Assembly (NCBI RefSeq): GCF_964355755.1
Contig: NC_092676.1
Coordinates: 25,562,871 to 25,626,870 of the forward strand
DNA: 64,000 bases
Source: Antedon mediterranea
Lineage: Eukaryota; Animalia; Echinodermata
Direction of reading: 5' to 3'
The notes under the pieces are model-generated. The model searched no databases. It worked only from the letters and a program-made list of their open reading frames with translations, and had not been told where the DNA came from. Shown piece after piece: positions 61,201-64,000 of the stretch; position 1 is the stretch's first letter; every line of letters begins with the position of its first letter. The position numbers and the translations under genes were made by a program.

Positions 61201-62189
61201 CAAGCTAACTATTTTATTATCTTGTTTGTGAAATAGTACTGTTGTGTAATACTATAATTTAAACAAAAACATGTCACAGACTATAGTATAAGAGTCAAGT
61301 AAACTTATAATAAGACCTCTGTTTGGTATGATGATATTTTTACTCTCAATATAATTTCTTTTACAGACAATTAAAAGAATTTTTTTTGTGTGTAGAATAT
61401 GCCATTTTAATGTCACATATCCACTTTGCCAAAAAATTAGATCGACAAAAATATGATTTACCTGAAAAAAATGTAATTTTAATAAAAAAAATTCAATGGA
61501 TTTTTGGTTGAATTGAATTTAACCATTTATTTTGTCTTTTTTTTAAAAGCAAGTCTAATTTAATTAATCTTCATTTTTCAGGTTTTTGGGGGAGAATACA
61601 TGTTTATGTTTACCTTACTACTAGCAGGTTCAGAGTTTTGTTTCTTATGGTCTCTAATTAGAGGTCTATAAATTATATTTTGTGTTTTTGTAGAGGTATT
61701 CGAGTGCTTTTTATACTTTATATACTTATATTATCAAATATAAGATAGCCAGAAGGCACTAATAAGGTCAAACTAAACTAATATTAAATTACTAATTAAA
61801 AACTACTGTATTAATTTATCAAAATTAAAAGTAATGTTCACATCAGCTGGAGTACATTAGTAACTGTACATGTGTGGTATTCCAATTTATAAAGTAAACC
61901 TATTATCAGTTAATTAACATTATAATTAGGTTAATTACTGGTGCTCAAACAACTTGATTGATTTAAAACACCGACAGTACGCCACTGTTCCGAACGATTA
62001 GATCAAGAGCGTTTGAATCGTGCAGTCAATTTATGCTTGGTTGCAAGTACATTTAACTAGGTGCAAACGTCAATATTGTAGTGTGAAATGTTACAACAAA
62101 TAGCATAGGAAGGTCTCTAGTATATGCATCTGATGCTATCCTACAACAATAGGAACACATAAACAAAAATACAACAATAGGAACACATA

Positions 62190-62792
62190 AACAACTAGAG
62201 GGTACTCCGAGAGTACAAACCTCCGCCTACTGTAAAATTCCCCTACATAAAATTCCCCCTGAATATTTTTTTGTTTACATTTTTTTTTATTAGTTCTAAG
62301 TGTAAATATGTTAAAAACTGCACACTACAAAGTTGTGGATGACAGTGTGGTGTAATGGTTATGTATCCAGCCTCTCACAGTTGAGATCGCTGGTTCAAGT
62401 CCCACTGAGGATTTTTTTTTTTTTTATTATTTTCTTATTTCTTTTTGTTTTTGTTTTTTGTGGACCTTGATCTTTGACCCTGACCCTTCAAAATTTAACC
62501 ACAATTATATGATGTGTCATTGATCATTGTGGCTAAGTTTGGTGACAATCAGATCAAAACTGTGGTCTCTAGGCAGTAAAATAGTTTTTTGTTAGTTGTG
62601 ACCTTGACCTATGACCTTTCCCCCTCAAATTCGAACTCGTCCAAGCTTTTTGGGCATAGATCATTGTGTCCAAATTTGGTTAGAATCGGATAAAAACTGT
62701 GGCCTCCAGGCTGTTCACAGACACACACACAAACACACACACACACAAACATACAGGGGTGAAAACATAACCTCCTTGGCGGAGGTAAAAAT
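62190..62792 (-). mobile_element. Non-autonomous Helentron-associated (HINE/DINE-1-like) element
   Basis: Subterminal inverted repeats acctccgcc (62219)/ggcggaggt (62778), hairpin acctccttggcggaggt, (CA)n microsatellite, tgacctt motifs. Confidence 0.7.
62341..62412 (+). other. tRNA-derived Pol III promoter-like segment inside the HINE-like element (not a functional tRNA)
   Basis: A box TGGTGTAATGG, B box GGTTCAAGTCC, followed by a long T run; acceptor stem does not pair. Confidence 0.55.
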
Positions 62793-64000
62793 ATACTGTA
62801 ATTGAAACACAATAGAATGTAAATGGGGGAATAACCTAGGCTGAATTGCGCAGAAACGTGGACAACACATACCAAAACTTTCTACTCCCCTAAGGGTTTC
62901 CTCGTTGTTGAGTGCTGTCACCAAACGGTGCCTGTACGTCTGTCCACAGTGACAGGGGCTTAATTGAGGGACGCAAGAAAGTATCTGCATAGGAGTGTCC
63001 CCTGAATAGTGAATGGGCCTTAGTGGTAAAACATATATTTTCCTCATTCGTTTCACAAGAAAAGTACCCTCTTAATAGGAGTGTCCCCAGAAGAGGGGTG
63101 TCCCAAAGGAAGGTTTACTTGAATACTGGATAAGCCTTTACAGTATGACCCACTACACTATAAAACTTTAGCAACAGACTATTTAACTATTATATTTTAT
63201 AGACTGTAATTTTAATGCCAAACATGGGTGTGGTGACTAAATTATGATCATTAAATTATAAATAGTACAATACATACAGTAGTATGACTGTTGAATTTTA
63301 ACTGGTAGATTTACATACAAAACAAAAGGGTACACAGATGTGACATGCAAAAACTACCTTTATGTTGAAATGGACCCTTCTGATAATATTGACAAGCATG
63401 TTACAAGAGCTGTTATGTATTACTGATATCCCGTTGCTCGGCCAACCGCCCTACCGTGCTAACTGGTTTTGTATTTCTTGTTGGCAACAAAGAACGTACA
63501 GATTACGTGCGTAGATACCAGTAGCTCTTGAGTATTAGAGCGAGGTCGTAGGTTTGAAATACGATGAGAATAATAATTGTAAAGCGGCCGTCATATGTAA
63601 AGCGACATGTATATGCAATAGATATACCACGTTCATGAATAAATCAACGTTTCATTTTCTGGTCTGTCTCCTATCAGCTTTACTGTAAATGTCTATTTCT
63701 TCCATAAACCTAGAACCTTTAACAACTCTTTGTCTCCTTCTTACAATGCTTTTCTGACAGTTTCTCTATCAATACAGTATATGACAATTATCCATGTACA
63801 ATATTCCTTTCCTACAGGTATCTTGTGCATCATTTTTCTTTGAACCAAGTTTTATTCTGTAAATCATATCACTATTATAAAATGCTTTTAGTTTCTATAG
63901 CACCATTAAATCCTACAGCAATTTTTTCCCCAAAAAAATGTTGAATGAAGTTTTTCACATAAAAAAAGGCAAACTTACACTACAGCAATTTCAATTTTTT

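Noticed and set aside
63470-63570. Degenerate tRNA-like segment (ccagtagctc...ggtttgaaa)
   Set aside because: Too decayed to fold or classify; likely a repeat remnant.
58300-64000. Upstream RIPOR exons or other genes among the short ORFs
   Set aside because: No convincing exon with RIPOR homology and correct phase found; ORFs overlap repeats or lack motifs. Probably a long intron.

Overview
AT-rich eukaryotic (invertebrate animal) genomic DNA, not prokaryotic. Bases 1-46,000 hold a recently amplified cluster of intronless TRIM-like E3 ligase genes. A ~15 kb unit (periods 15,008 and 15,025 bp; two full periods plus a partial third) carries a head-to-head pair: gene A (RING-coiled coil, minus) and gene B (RING-B-box-coiled coil, plus). 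It also carries a nested ~2.5 kb sub-repeat with frameshifted stand-alone NHL beta-propeller pseudogenes, a V-SINE-like SINE and a decayed LINE. A second, diverged head-to-head pair (C, D; 42.9-45.8 kb) keeps the same layout. A fossil C-type gene end fused to an NHL gene end suggests an ancestral module [NHL+][RBCC-][RBCC+]. Bases 48,623-57,968 contain 20 minus-strand coding exons of a RIPOR/FAM65-family gene (5' exons not located) whose introns hold MITEs, Helentron-like elements and a 75-bp repeat that multiplies a splice donor. The most notable candidate system is the paired, divergently oriented RING-coiled-coil genes with a variable 49-aa coiled-coil repeat and a separately encoded NHL domain. 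All family assignments come from motif recognition by eye; no searches were run.
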